The notes: a model not told the origin generated them from the letters alone. A stretch of DNA of 64,000 nucleotides from Eledone cirrhosa (GCA_964016885.1 CAXHJY010000623.1:33276-97275), one strand, 5' to 3'; shown: positions 27,895 to 42,185, numbered from the stretch's first letter. Program-made: numbers and translations.

Positions 27895-30074
27895 CCACCA
27901 TCACCTCCACCATCACTTCCACCATCACTATCAACAAACCTCAACACCAACATCAAAAATAACTCACACCCTACCACCACCACTACCTGCCGTCACCACC
28001 ATCGCCGCCACCAACACCACCACCACCACCACCAACACCACCACCAGTAACCTCACTATTACCACCAACACCACCACAACCTCCAACCATCACCAATACC
28101 ACCACCACTAACCAACATCACCGCCACCACCACCACCAGTAACCTCACTATTACCACCAACACCACCAGCATCGCCACCACTACCACCAACACCACCACC
28201 ACCACCACTAACCTCACTATTACCACCAACACCACCAACACCACCACCACTAACCTCACTATTACCACCACAACCACCACCACCACCACCACCACCACCA
28301 CCACCACCACCACCACCACAACCACCACCACCACTACAATATGTTCACCACCACAACCACCACCACCGCTACAATATGTCCACCACCACAACCACCACCA
28401 CCACTACAATATGTCCACCACCACCACCACTACAATGTCCACCACCACCACTACAATATGTCCACCACCACTACAATATGTCCACCACCACCACTACAAT
28501 ATGACCACCACCACCACCACCACCACTACAATATGTCCACCACAACCCCACCACCACCACCTCAATATGTCCACCACCACCACCACTACAATATATCCAC
28601 CACCACAACCACTACCACTATATGTCCACCACCACCACCACTACAATATGTCCACCACCACCACCACCACTACAATATGTCCACCACCACCACCACTACA
28701 ATATGTCCACCACAACCCCACCACCACCACCTCAATATGTCCACCACCACCACCACCACTACAATATGTCCACCACCACCACCACCACTACAATATGTCC
28801 ACCACCACCACCACTACAATATGTCCACCACCACCACCACTACAATATGTCCACCACCACCACTACAATATGTCCACCACCACCACCACCACCACTACAA
28901 TATGTCCACCACAACCCCACCACCACCACCTCAATATGTCCACCACCACCACCACCACTACAATATGTCCACCACCACTACAATATGTCCACCACCACCA
29001 CCACCACCACCACTACAATATGTCCACCACCACAACCACTACCACTATATGTCCACCACCACTACAATATGTCCACCACCACCACCACCACTACAATATG
29101 TCCACCACCACCACCACTACAATATGTCCACCACCACCACCACCACTACAATATGTCCACCACCACCACCACTACAATATGTCCACCACCACCACCACCA
29201 CTACAATATGTCCACCACCACCACCACTACAATATGTCCACCACCACCACCACCACTACAATATGTCCACCACCACAATCACCACTACAATATGTCCACC
29301 ACCACCACCACCACTACAATATGTCCACCACCACCACCACCACTACAATATGTCCACCACCACTACAATATGTCCACCACCACCACCACTACAATATGTC
29401 CACCACCACCACCACCACTACAATATGTCCACCACCACCACCACTACAATATGTCCACCACCACCACCACCACTACAGTGTCCACCACCACCACCACCAC
29501 TACAATATGTCCACCACCACCACTACAATATGTCCACCACCACTACAATATGTCCACCACCACTACAATATGTCCACCACCACCACCACTACAATATGTC
29601 CACCACCACCACTACAATATGTCCACCACCACCACCACTACAATATGTCCACCACCACCACCACCACTACAGTGTCCACCACCACCACCACCACTACAAT
29701 ATGTCCACCACCACCACTACAATATGTCCACCACCACTACAATATGTCCACCACCACCACCACTACAATATGTCCACAACCACCACCTCAATATGTCCAC
29801 CACCACCACCACCACCACCACCACCACTACCACCACCACAACCACCACCTCAATATGTCCACCACCACCACCACTACAATATGTCCACCACCACCACCAC
29901 CACCACTACAATATGTCCACCACCACTACAATATGTCCACCACCACTACAATATGTCCACCACAACCACCACCACCACCACAACCACCACCTCAATATGT
30001 CCACTACCACCACCACCACCACCTCAATATGTCCACCACCACCACCACTACCACCACCACCACCACCACCACCA
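27895..30074. repeat. (CAC)n-based minisatellite with tacaatatgtc spacer
   Basis: (cac)n-tacaatatgtc units from about 28330; degenerate CAC repeats upstream. Confidence 0.95.
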
Positions 30075-30528
30075 GACGTTATATACGTTAATGAACGTCT
30101 AAAACATCGTTGTCTTCCCCGCTGTTCCTCCTTAGACACGCAACCTTTTTTTACTACATACATGTAGCTCTGTAACAATAGAGGTGTGTGTGTGTGCACG
30201 CGTGAGTGTGTGTGCACGCGTGAGTGTGTGTGCCCGCGTGCGTGTGTTGTGTGTTATGTGTGTGTGTGTGCGTGTGTGTTGTGTGTGCACGCGTGCGTGT
30301 GTTGTGTGTGTTGTGTGTGTGTGTGTGCACGCGTGTGTGTGTGTGCACGCGTGAGTGTCTGTGCATAGTGAGAGAAAAATAAACAAGGAAACAAAAATCC
30401 TAAGACTGAATATATATATACATATATATATATATTCAGTCTTATATATACATATGTATGTGTGTGTGTGTACAAAATGTATGTGTGTGTCTATCTAATT
30501 TGTCTGTCTGTGTGTGTGTGTGTGTGTA

Positions 30529-30577
<49 letters not shown>

Positions 30578-30934
30578 GCAAATAAACACAATGTACGTGC
30601 GTCGTTCCTCTTTAATAAACACATGCATGTCTTTGTGTAAACAGATACATGTCTCTGTCAATATGAGGTTACTTGACATGCTTTAAATAGCAGCTACAAC
30701 GGTAGGACAATGAAATTATGTAATAGACATTACAGGAATACCTTTGATCCCTGGCACCGTCAGATTAGGTTAGCATATGCTATAAATGGACCCTAAATGT
30801 GTTGTAATATGTGATAGGCTTAAAGGCAGTATAGTGTAAAGCGCTTAGTATAAAGCCCATGAAAATGTGGGCTCCGTAGCAAATGTTCATCTGGCATTGG
30901 TCATGTCTGTTAACCTGTTAGTCTGTCGAAGTAG

Positions 30935-31262
30935 GTTTGACCATAGGTTTGATCAATCGATGTTGACCTATAGTCAAATGTCTTTGATCTTAGATCTGTT
31001 GAAATATGTCTTACCTGTAGTTAAATGCATTTGATCATAGGTCTGTTGAAAGACGGTTGAGCTGTGGTTAAATGCCTTGGAACTTAGGTCTGTTGAATTA
31101 CGATTAAGCTGAAGTTAAATGCCTTTGATCATAGATCTCTTGAAAGACGGTTGAGCTGTGGTTAAATGCATTTGATCATAGGTCTCTTGAAAGACGGTTG
31201 AGCTGTGGTTAAATTTATTTTATCATAGGTCTCTTGAATTAGAGTTGATCTCAGATTAAACA
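30935..31262. repeat. Degenerate 47-bp tandem repeat
   Basis: gttaaatgcatttgatcataggtctcttgaaagacggttgagctgtg about 6 times. Confidence 0.9.
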
Positions 31263-31401
31263 TCAACAATAAGAACATGTTCATGCCACTCACTATACAT
31301 GCATGTATATATGCAAATAGACTCTTGTCTCCATGTAAACACACACATGCCATTAACTGAAAACACACACACACCTATCATTATGTAAGCACACATGTAA
31401 A

Positions 31402-31620
31402 GGCAGTGGATTGGCAAAATAATGAGAGCGTCGAACAAAATTCTTTGCAGCGTTTAGTTATCGCCCTTTACGTTCTGAGTTCAAATCCCGCCAAGGTCAA
31501 TTTTGCCTTTCATCCTTCTAGGGTCGATAAAATGAAGTACCACTAAAGAACTGAGGTCGGTATAATCGACTTTCCCATCTCGCCAAATGCTGGCTTGTGT
31601 CTAAATAAGAAATCATCATT
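31402..31620 (+). mobile_element. SINE, older full-length form
   Basis: ggcagtggattggcaaaat...gttcaaatccc...gtcgataaaatgaagtacc. Confidence 0.85.
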
Positions 31621-32284
31621 CAAATTCTCGTGTGTGTCTTATTTATTTACTCGTATCTATTTACTTATTTAATAAATTTAAACGTCCGTATAGAGCTAGT
31701 AAGCCATAATGAACTAGGGGAAGTATCGAGTGCTCCAAACATTTGGTAATCAAAAAGAGCTGGTGAGACAAGTAATAAAAAATTAAAATTAAAAGAGGGG
31801 AAAAGGTCAACAAACCTCCATGTAAACAAACACGGTACAATGTAGCTGTGCATATATCTTTGTGCACTTAGTGCATATGTTAACATGCAGATATATATAT
31901 TGGCTTGTATAAATACGCGTATGTCATTATGTAAATGTTCTCGTGCCACAGCATAAATATGCATAGACTGTGTAAACAAACACGTGCTTTTGTAAATGTA
32001 CACATGTCACTGTGTAAACACACTTACGACACTATGTAAACATATATATGGCAGTGTTTAAACACATATGCACATGAGTATACATACACCTGTGCCAGTG
32101 CATCTTTTATGCATGCATCAAGTATGCACATATATACACGCGCACACATACGTATATTCATATGTACACATACATACATGCATATATATATATATACTTG
32201 AGGAGGGTCATATTTGTGTAATAATATTTGTTTCGACACACGATTTCATATCAAAAACCTCGCAAAACTAATTCATCGGCGTTA

Positions 32285-32328
<44 letters not shown>

Positions 32329-32473
32329 AAGATACACATTTAAAAATACATTCATTCATATATATATGTGCGTACTATACACATACGTACGTACATATAT
32401 ACATACAAAAATATACGTCTATACATACATAACATGTAATATATATATTCGTATATGCACACATACACTTATT

Positions 32474-33905
32474 CAGGTTGACTCAAAAAACACTAGCCTC
32501 GTTATATTTTTGATGACATTATTCACTTTTGGCAGTATCGGTAGAGGGTCGGACGCCATGCTTTGACGCATAGAGTTACTGCCCTTGCCATTCTGAGTTC
32601 AAATCCCGCCGATGTTAATTTTGCCTTTCATCCTTACGGGGTCGATAAAATAAAGTACCAGTAATGTACTGGGTAATTGCTTGTCTTGTGCCAATAGTAG
32701 AAACAATTATTCACTTTTTGATAAAAACTCAAAAACTGATGAAAATCCGAATATATTTCGTTCAAACAATTAAAAAACAATATATCCAAAATTCATTGTC
32801 GTCTGATGTTTCTATCCAGAGTTACAGCACATGTTCCAAGCATGGTGAAGTTTAATTAAAGTCTTTAGAAACAGACCAAGTGGTGGCTCTGATCTCCCTG
32901 ACATTCTCCTTTAGTTCAGTGATGGTCCTGGGTTTGTTGACATATACCCTATTCTTCAGATAAGCACAAGAAAGAAATCTGGGCACTTTAAATCAGAAGT
33001 GTGTGGAGACCCACTCACAACTCATTGGAAGTGTGAGGGCTTACTGCGTCTTGCTGGAACCAGAACTTATTCATTAGAGATGGGTACATGTTCTGTATCT
33101 CCTTTTTGAAGTTTTCCACGGTCTCTACATAACGTTCGTTTTTAATTGTAACAATTGCAACATTTTCTGAGAAGAATGGATCAATCAACCCTCTCTCAGA
33201 AATGGAAGCCCAGACGATACAATTAGCCAAGTGGAAAGGTTTCACAGCCACTTCAGAGGGTTTCTCTGACTCCCAGAACACATTGTACTTAGAGTTGATT
33301 TTCTCTAAGTGAAAGATTGCTTCATCAGAGATCCACACCATAATTTATTATAAAATATTTCGGTTGTTTTTCATCTTCTCCAGCATTTTCTCAATTATAG
33401 ACTTTCTCTTGGACTTATCAGCTGTAGTAAGCTTTTGTTTAGTCTGTATTCTGTAGGAGTACTTTTTAAGATCCTCTTTGACAACCCTTCTAAAAGTTTC
33501 AAGGATTAGCCTCTAAGCAGGGATCGTTCTGGTCTCTGTTCAAGTCTCTCGAACCATATCAATAACTTCCTGTGAATGCTTCCTGTGTCGTCCGGAATAA
33601 GTAAGACAGTCCTCATATATTGAGGTTTTCCTGTGTCCCATATCTCTTAAACGTCTCCACCCAGTTTTGTATATTGGCTTTGAAGGGAGATTTGTTTGTT
33701 TAAAAAAATGCATGAAATTGCTCCTGGACCCTGCTTGTACCAGCCCCACTTATAGTAATGTTTCACGCAGAAAATACGATGCTCGAGCTCTCATTGGGGT
33801 CTTTACAAACGTTGTATCTGCCATATCCTGAAATTTAAGGTTGATCAATTAGAAATCGAATATATAGTGACACAAAACGTACACGGGGACAGTTTTTTTA
33901 GTCAT
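32474..33905 (-). mobile_element. Near full-length decayed Tc1/mariner transposon (copy 2), interrupted by a SINE
   Basis: WISDEAIFHL, WFQQDAVSPH, then PHTSDL...DFF...YLKNRVYVNKPRTITELK; degenerate TIRs (tgactcaaaaaac / gtttttttagtca). Confidence 0.9.
32531..32705 (+). mobile_element. SINE inserted in mariner with 13-bp TSD
   Basis: attattcactttt at 32518-32530 and 32706-32718. Confidence 0.92.
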
Positions 33906-34589
33906 TTTTTTTTTTGTGATTACATGTGTGTGTGCGATTGCATTTGTTTGCATGGATACGTGTGAAAATGTTCGTACGAGTGTGTGTGTGTGTGTGTGTG
34001 TGTAGATGCGTGCGGGCGGCGTTCTTGTGAACGTGTGTGAGTTAAAGCTCCTAGTTGCGTATGTGCAATTGATTGTAGGTGCCACTTCATACGTACCTGT
34101 GTGTGTGTGTATGACTACGAGTACACAGACAAACGAAGATCTTTCATTGTAAATAGACACTGTGTGTGTACATATACGCGCACATGCACATATGCATTAC
34201 ACTCATGCACGCATACATATGTATATAAGTGCATCTGTTCAAACACGGATAAGCATACGTTGGACTATGCATATTAAAGGTATATGCACGCATTACACAT
34301 ATACACAAACATATACATATAAACATACATGATGCGACTTCCCAAACACATACATACATACGTGCGCATGAGACACGTGTAACCATTTGATGTTTCACAC
34401 ACACACACACACACACGTCTATTTATAATCAAAGATCTTCGTTTGCGTATGGACTTGTAGTCATACAGATGAAGTAGCAACTACGAGCATGCGTAGACAT
34501 TCACATATGGATATATAAGTACACAACTAAGTGCAGTCACTTCCCCGAACACTCTCGCAGGCATCCATACAATCACACACACACACACA

Positions 34590-34628
<39 letters not shown>

Positions 34629-34832
34629 GCGCGCGCAATCACACACACGCAGGCACATGAAATCGCGCACACATATAATCCCACACAGGCACATGCAATC
34701 ACACATACACAAACACACACATACATACAATGTCACACACACAGACATTCACATGTGCACCATTCACACGCTCCCATGCACACAGACACATGCAAATGCA
34801 ATCATACTCGCACGACCACCTCTCTCTCTCTC

Positions 34833-34873
<41 letters not shown>

Positions 34874-35262
34874 TTCACACCTCTTACACACACATATGCC
34901 CATACACACACATACGTAGACAAGTGAGCACACGTCTGTGTAAAACCATGACGTATACTTGGATAATGTTCATACATGTATCAAACACATACATACAGGT
35001 ATGAAAACACACACACACTCACGCCTTACATATATACACCTACACACATATATGCAGAGATTGACGTATGTACTCGTTCACACACATCAACACATAGTCA
35101 CTTGCACACACACATGCACTGATATCATACGAGCTATTTGCTGTATATACAAATATAAATGCATACATATATAGACACACACACACACTATATATATATA
35201 TACACGCACATATACATACACACATATATAAATATATATATAGTGTGCGTATAAGTGTATAT

Positions 35263-35347
<85 letters not shown>

Positions 35348-35366
35348 CTTTCTCTCTCACTCTCCA

Positions 35367-35398
<32 letters not shown>

Positions 35399-36991
35399 AT
35401 ATACACCTATACACACACTATATATATATGTGTGTGTGTATGTATATGTGTGTGTATATATGTATATATATATATATATAATATACACTTATACGCACAC
35501 TATATATATATTTATATATGTGTGTATGTATATGTGTGTGTATATATATATATATATTGTGTGTGTGTGTGTGTACGAGCGTGCACTAGTGCGATAGATA
35601 GATTTCAAAGAGACGACCTCTACCTGCGAATCTGCATGTGTGTATGTGGTGCATGTGTGTATGTGGTGCATGTGTGTATGTGGTGCATGTGGTGTATATG
35701 TGGTGTGTGTATGTGGTGTATATGGTGTATATGGAGTATGTGTGTATGTGGTGTCTGTTGTCCATGTGTGTATGTGGTGTATGTGTGTATGTGGTGAATG
35801 TAGTGTATATGGTGTATGTGTGTGTGGTGCATGTGTGTATGTAGTGTATATGGTGCATGTGTGTGTGTGGTGCATGTGTGTATGTAGTGTATATGGCATT
35901 GTGGTGTATGTGTGTGTGTGTGGTGCATGTGTGTGTGGTGCATGTGTGTATGTAGTGTATATGGCATTGTGGTGAATGTAGTGTATATTGTGTATGTGTG
36001 TGGTGCATGTGTGTGTGTAGTGTGTGTAGTGTATATGGTGTATGTGTGTATATGGTGTATGTGGCACTGCGGTGTATATGGTGTATGTGTGAATATGGTG
36101 CATGTGTGTGTGTAGTGCATGTGGCACTATGGTGTATGTGGTGCATGTGTGTGTGTAGTGCATGTGGCGGCACTGCAACACATCTATTGCAAGAAAGGCC
36201 GGTGAAGGTGTATAATAGTGACGGTATTAAAGAACTGCACTTTGGTCTTAATAAGACATGTAAAAGAGGAAGTGAAGGAGAAGGGGTGGAAGAGATATAG
36301 AGAGAGGGGGAGGTAGAGATATATAGGGAGAGAGGAGAGAGTGGGTGGAGTGAGAGAGAATGGTGGTAGGGAGAGGGGTATACATTAAAGTAGTCAGTGT
36401 GTCTTACACTTCCGTTAATGGAGAAGAAGAAGAAGAAGAAAGCAATATTTAAAGTGAGCCGCACTCTGATAGGGGACCATTACCTTTTCTCTTTTTTTGA
36501 CCGGAACTTGTGGGGGTATATGTATGTATGTGTGTATGTATGTATGTAAGTGTGTGTGTATGTATGTATGTGTGTATGTATGTATGTAAGTGTGTGTATG
36601 TATGTATATGTGTATGTATGTAAGTGTGTGTGTATGTATTATGTGTGTATGTAAGTGTGTGTGTATGTATTGTGTGTATGTATGTATGTAAGTGTGTGTG
36701 TATGTATTGTGTGTATGTATTGTATGTATGTATGTGTGTGTGTATGTATTGTGTGTATGTGTGTATGTATGTATGTATTATGTGTGCATGTATGTATGTA
36801 TGTGTGTATGTATTATGTGTGCATGTATGTATGTATGTAAGTGTGTGTGTGTGTGTATTATGTGTGTATGTATGTATGTATGGAAGTGTGTGTATGTATT
36901 ATGTGTATGTATGTATATGTGTATGTAAGTGTGTGTATGTATTATGTGTGTGTGTGTGTGTGTGTATGTATTATGTGTGTGTGTATGTATG

Positions 36992-37022
<31 letters not shown>

Positions 37023-37099
37023 GTGTGTGTGTATGTATTATGTGTGTGTGTATGTAGGTTCGTACGGATGTATGTAAATATGTATTGTAAATCTATCTG

Positions 37100-37147
<48 letters not shown>

Positions 37148-37149
37148 GA

Positions 37150-37290
37150 GAGAGAGGGAGAGACAGTCTGGGGTGTCGAGACCGGGGAGACCACTAATCA
37201 TGGGAGTACTCAATGCATGAGGAGATGCAGAGTAGGTATAGAGATATGTAAAATCCCGACCGCGCCGCCAAGCGGTTTCGGCTTGTGACA
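37150..37290 (-). mobile_element. pLTR-like tail with HHR 3' half, ending at TA
   Basis: Minus strand caagcc-GAAAC-cgc-ttggcggc-gcg-GTC-ggga; stem III accgc/gcggt; CUGANGA half absent. Confidence 0.65.
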
Positions 37291-37383
37291 CAAATGTGTT
37301 TTGTTCATGAAAACAAGGTTTGCAGATTCATATTAAAATACTCAATACTTAGAGGGTATAAGATGGGAATTTATCTTTTTCAT

Positions 37384-37573
37384 AATAATTGTTTCTACTT
37401 TTGACACAAGGCCAGCAATTATCCAGTGCATTACTGGTACTTTGTTTTATCGACCCCGTAAGGATGAAAGGCAAAGTTAACCTCGGCGGGATTTGAACTC
37501 AGACTGTAAAAGACGTAGCTGTGCTGGGAAACATGGTGTCTGACGCTCTACCGATACTGCCAATCCACCGCCC
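37384..37573 (-). mobile_element. SINE major family, deleted form
   Basis: Runs from head to tail. Confidence 0.9.
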
Positions 37574-37959
37574 TTTTTCAAAATAATAGTTTTACATTTG
37601 CCGTTTTGTCACACAACCTAGCGGTTCAAAAAAAAAGATCGATAAAATAGGTACCAGACATGAAAGAAAAAGGAAATCTGGGAGTCTATCTTTCTCTCTC
37701 TGGATTGTGTTCAAGCCTGAAGAGGGTTGGTTTCTGCTAAGTATAAAATGTCCAAGACACGCCATATATCATGACGGCGTCTCTACGACTCTATCAGGAG
37801 TTATGGTTCCTTACATACATAGGGTGGTTCTTAAACTAGTTTTACTCGTTGTGCATTTTCGAGCCTTTCAAAATAATTTGGTGCACTTAATACGTAAAGT
37901 GAAAATATATTTTAAAAAGAGCCGCTACTTCTCCGAATTGAAGGATCACAGCTCCGATA

Positions 37960-38140
37960 CTATGGGCATGTGGACGCCAAGCAAGATGATTAGATAACAT
38001 CCATGAGCTTGTCTAGTCTTGCATGGGGATCCAGCCAGATCAGCTGGAGACGGTTGCTTCTAACAGGACCAGCTGGAAGAAGTGTTTGAGGGCTTTGCCC
38101 ACACGACCCTTAGGAAGGAGAAGGAGAAGAGAAAGAAGAA
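37960..38140 (+). mobile_element. RTE LINE 3' end
   Basis: Homologous to 48284-48510 (LDNIHEL...DQLETVASNRTSWKKCLR); GAA-rich tail. Confidence 0.8.
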
Positions 38141-39701
38141 TATATACATTTTAGTTACTTATTTGATCAATTTAAACGTTTTTGTAGAGATGGGAAGGTA
38201 TCTAATGGCGGCCTCTTATAATAAAGAAACAAAAACAAAAGAGAGAAAGAGAAATGGAAAGAATCACAAATAAGAAAAAGGTGAAAAACATGAACTGTTA
38301 TAAAGCAGTGCTATTGCTCTCGCAACACCGTATGTCGGATAGAATGCTTTGCGGTGTTCGTTTCGGCTCTCTGCTTTCTAAGTTCAAATCCCGCTGAAGT
38401 CAACTTTTCCTTTCATCCATTGCAGATCTATAAAAACTAAAGTACCAGTCAAGTACTGGAGCCGATTCTTCCTCTGTGTCTCTTCCTCACTTCCATTCTC
38501 TGGAAGAAATCTGCTATATTCAGACCCTGGAGAGAAATGGGCTCCACCGGGTTTTTAAATGCTCTAGAAACGCCGGGAGTTACGGGACCAAAGAAGAGAG
38601 AGGAAAGAAAAAAATGACGGGCTCCTAGTCTCTGTGAGGTCTCTAAGCCCCAGCCTAATCAGCCTTAACAATGAATAATGCAACCCTTGTCCTAGATACA
38701 GTATGTTTGAGAAAAATATGAGATATTCATAGTTAGAAATATGGAAAGGCAGCTGAATATTTAAGGCTGTAGGACGGGGCGGAGGTGTATGAACTGGGGT
38801 GGAAGGTTGTATAGGTGTGGAGATGGGGAAAGCCAGCTCAATTAACTTGAATAGAAAGTAGAGCTATTGTGATCAATGATAGTAACTTTCTATAGAAAAT
38901 GTCACGAAGTAACCTCTCTAGATTGTTCTATTCTTGGACAACACTGACAACAACGCAAATCTAGTTACGTGTGTGTGTGTGTGCGTGTGTGTGTGTGCGC
39001 GTGTGTGCGTTATACTGTAATGTACTGCATATTATAATATTTTTTATATGTATATATGTATTATATTGCATATTATATTTCTATTATATTATATGTATGT
39101 GTATATGAGTGTAGTATGTATAATATAAAAATATGTATATGTTGTATATATACATTATTACATTCATTATACACAATATTTAATGAATGGAAGTGTTGTT
39201 GTTGTTGTTATTAATTTATTAATTTAAAAGAAATAAACATTAATTTAGTGTTGTGTTTTAACTATATAATATTGAGTGCGTGAGTTGATAATTGAATCGA
39301 TGTAAAGATATACACACAAACACCCACAGAGGCATACATACACGCATATATACATACACGCATGTGTGTGTGTGGTGAGATTTTTTTTTCATCTGCATAA
39401 CGTAGACATACAAAGGTAGACACTCGTTGATATGACTGTGGCTTACATGTTAATGTATGCTCAGGTGTGTGTGTTTAAGTAACTATGCCGAACATAGCTG
39501 TGTGGTTAAAAACCTCGCTTCACAATCATCAAATTCTGAGTTCAATCCCACTGCTTAATATCTTAATCATTTGTCTTTAGCGTGGCTTCGGGTCGACCCG
39601 AGCGTTGTAATTGAAAATGCGATGACGAAAACTGAGGAGAACTCCGTCAGATGGACTGTACCAGCATGTCAAAAGTCCAGCTTCATCATACATGTATATA
39701 T

Positions 39702-39890
39702 AACAAAGAGTGTGTGGTAAGATACCAGGTGGACCATAAGGCACCAGAGTACTTAATACTTAGGGTATTAGAGTAGGTAATAGGAAAAGAGTCAGGACCC
39801 CGACGGCTGAGCTCCGGCCGTTTCGACAGCTAGTTCGGATCTAGCTGTCGAAACGGCCGGAGGCTCAGCCGTTGGCGCCCTGAGTATTTT

Positions 39891-39894
<4 letters not shown>
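39702..39894 (-). mobile_element. pLTR-like module with ~55-bp-arm fold-back centred on HHR stem II
   Basis: Arms 39781-39833 and 39841-39894, loop ttcggat; GAAAC-ggc...gcc-GTC; TA on both sides. Confidence 0.8.
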
Positions 39895-39934
<40 letters not shown>

Positions 39935-39939
<5 letters not shown>

Positions 39940-40155
39940 TGTCAACATGAATGGACCTGTTATTTTTATCTAAAGACATTTTTTTCCAATTCCAACCCGC
40001 CCGTCCACTCAATTTATCTTATTTCTCATTCTTTTTTCTGGTGAAGGACTAGCGTCCGAAACGTTAAGACCCTCTTCCTGCTATTTCAAGCGTTAACCTA
40101 ATATATTCCTTCCATATACTGTACCGATTGTGTTGTTATTTCTGTTTACCTTTTG
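39935..40155 (+). mobile_element. Solo pLTR of the Penelope family at 4435-6158, HHR core mutated to CTGGTGA (40034-40069)
   Basis: Matches the reverse complement of 4435-4652; ends ccttttg followed by (CA)n. Confidence 0.9.
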
Positions 40156-40199
40156 CACACACACACGCACACGCACACGCACACGCACACACAGCTGTG

Positions 40200-41655
40200 G
40201 CAAAAGCTACTGACCAAATGGGTTAAATCAAGAGGGTGCGCTAGCGTGTGAAAGCCGTAAATATATGTGTGTGTAACTGTGTGTGTATAAGTGTAAGTGT
40301 GTATATGTGTGAGTGTGTGTGTGTGTGTGTGTGAAAGATAGTGGGCTGTAGAAGCTGGAAATCAAAGGGTGTGAAAGGTGGTAGGTTGTAAAACATGTGT
40401 GCGTGTATAAATATAGATGTGTGTGTGTGTAAGCGTATGGGTATACATGTGTGTGTAACTGTGTGTGTATATGTGTGAGTGCGTGTGTGTGTGAAAGATA
40501 GTGGGCTGTAGAAGCTGGAAATCAAAGGGTGTGAAAGGTGGTAGGTTGTAAAAACATGTGTGCGTGTATAAATATAGATGTGTGTGTGTGGGTATGTATA
40601 TACGTGCGTGTGTGTGAAGATAGCAGGCCGTAGGCTGTGAATGGTCATTATGGTTAAGTTAGCCATGTCAGCTCATTTCTCTCAGCCCGGTTGTTAAGTG
40701 GGGGTCTGAGGTTCTTAATAACAAGTGCTTCCTTTATCCTTAAGGATCCGATGCTGCGTTCAGTCGCTAGGACTGTGACCAAGGGTCTACCCTGTGGGTT
40801 TCCGCATTTAAGGATGTGTTTACGGAAGGAAGATGCGTTGGTGTTGATATGTTCCTTGATACGAACATGTAGGGGTCGGATGGTGCTACCTATGTAAAAC
40901 TTGTTACATTTATCGCATTGAATCTTATATACGACATAGGTGCGTAGGCAATCTGCCCCCCGTATCGGGCAGTTGCTGAGGGAACACGTCGCATCTGACT
41001 CGTCGGGTTTGTTGGAGAGGCATCTTCGCAGCGAAGGTCCTGTGTGGGCCAAATGTATGTCAAGTCCCTCCGTCCGTATGGCCCTGCGGATGGCGTTCGT
41101 GGTATATTCACTCAGGTGGGGGATTTTAAAGAAGCACCTGCTTTTATTTAAGTTTCTAGTGGGTGTCTGTCTATTGGGTCTGGGGTCTCTAATTCCGTTA
41201 ATCAGTCGCTTGGGATAACCATTAGATCTGAGTAGATTACGGAATTGCGTGGTATGGTGAGACCACCCATCGGGTCGCTGCATCTGTTAGTGATCCGTGT
41301 CAGTTCATTTAGGACATAGCCTCTCTTAGCGTTGTTGGGGAGGGCTGAGTTGTAATGCACAAATAAGTCCTTGCACGCTGCTTTGCGGTAGAAGGTGGTG
41401 TTTATGTCTCCTTCTTCCGAGATGTTGATAAGGAGGGCGAGTGACCCGTCTTCTCCTGGGTGTTCGATGGTGAAATCGACGTGATGGTCAGTATCGTTGA
41501 AGATTTGGTGAATTTCATTCGCCATCTCCCGGGAAGAAGTAAGTATCAGGATGTCATCAACGTATCTGGAGTAGAAGGCGACGGCGTTGGGTTGGCAGGT
41601 ATTGAGTGCCTTGCGTTCCAGGTGGTCCATGTACGAGATCGCAAGTATGCCGTTT
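40200..41655 (-). mobile_element. Second Penelope-like element: partial RT, GIY-YIG and 3'UTR with ~180-bp internal duplication
   Basis: ILAISYMDHLE, YSRYVDDI, FYRK...HYNSALP, NGYP, VVYKIQCDKCNKFYIGSTIRPLHVRIKEH, IKEALVI...PPLN. Confidence 0.93.
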
Positions 41656-41661
41656 ACCATT

Positions 41662-41765
41662 AGGTTTACCATTAAAAAACTGTTTTCGTTTTGTCTTGTT
41701 TCCGTTATATATATATATATAACGGAAACAAGACAAAACGAAAACAGTTTTTTAATGGTAAACCT
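41662..41765. repeat. Perfect 104-bp palindrome centred on (TA)n at the Penelope 5' junction
   Basis: aggtttaccatt...tccgtt(at)7aacgga...aatggtaaacct. Confidence 0.95.
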
Positions 41766-41974
41766 TAAAAAAGTATTTAAAAAACTAAAAATACAAAAGA
41801 AGGACACAGAACTCCAGGGTCATCAGCCGTTGAGATAGACTTTGGCGGTTTCGACCCCTACCAACGGTACTGCTAGTCCACCCGGGGTCACAACGTCTGA
41901 CACAAGCCAAACGCTGTCCAATTGAGTAAGAGACGAAAGACAAAACATTAATTTACAGCAATTATATATATTGA

Positions 41975-42185
41975 TAGGCTTCAAGAAACAAAAGGAAGGA
42001 GGAGAAAATCATTTTCAAAACATACCAGCAACATTATTCAGTAAACCTCACCCTTGCATAATCTGTGGACATGCTTGCAAATCTCTGGCAGGTCTAAAAT
42101 GTCATGCCCGATATAAACATCCAAACTAAATAAACTGAAATGTTCGGATCCTCATACGTCGAAATGGAGGAGAGAGGCCACCAGA
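41975..42185 (+). mobile_element. RTE/BovB-type LINE 3' end with C2H2-like motif
   Basis: HPCIICGHACKSLAGLKCHARYKHPN* then a short 3'UTR. Confidence 0.65.

Noticed and set aside
28341-30167. 500-600-aa His/Pro/Thr ORFs
   Set aside because: Open in all three + frames with the same peptides; a by-product of a stop-free (CAC)n minisatellite with variable unit length.
41815-41860. Permuted (type II) hammerhead GAAAC...GTC...CTGATGA on the - strand
   Set aside because: Stems I and III do not pair convincingly; kept only as a degenerate remnant.
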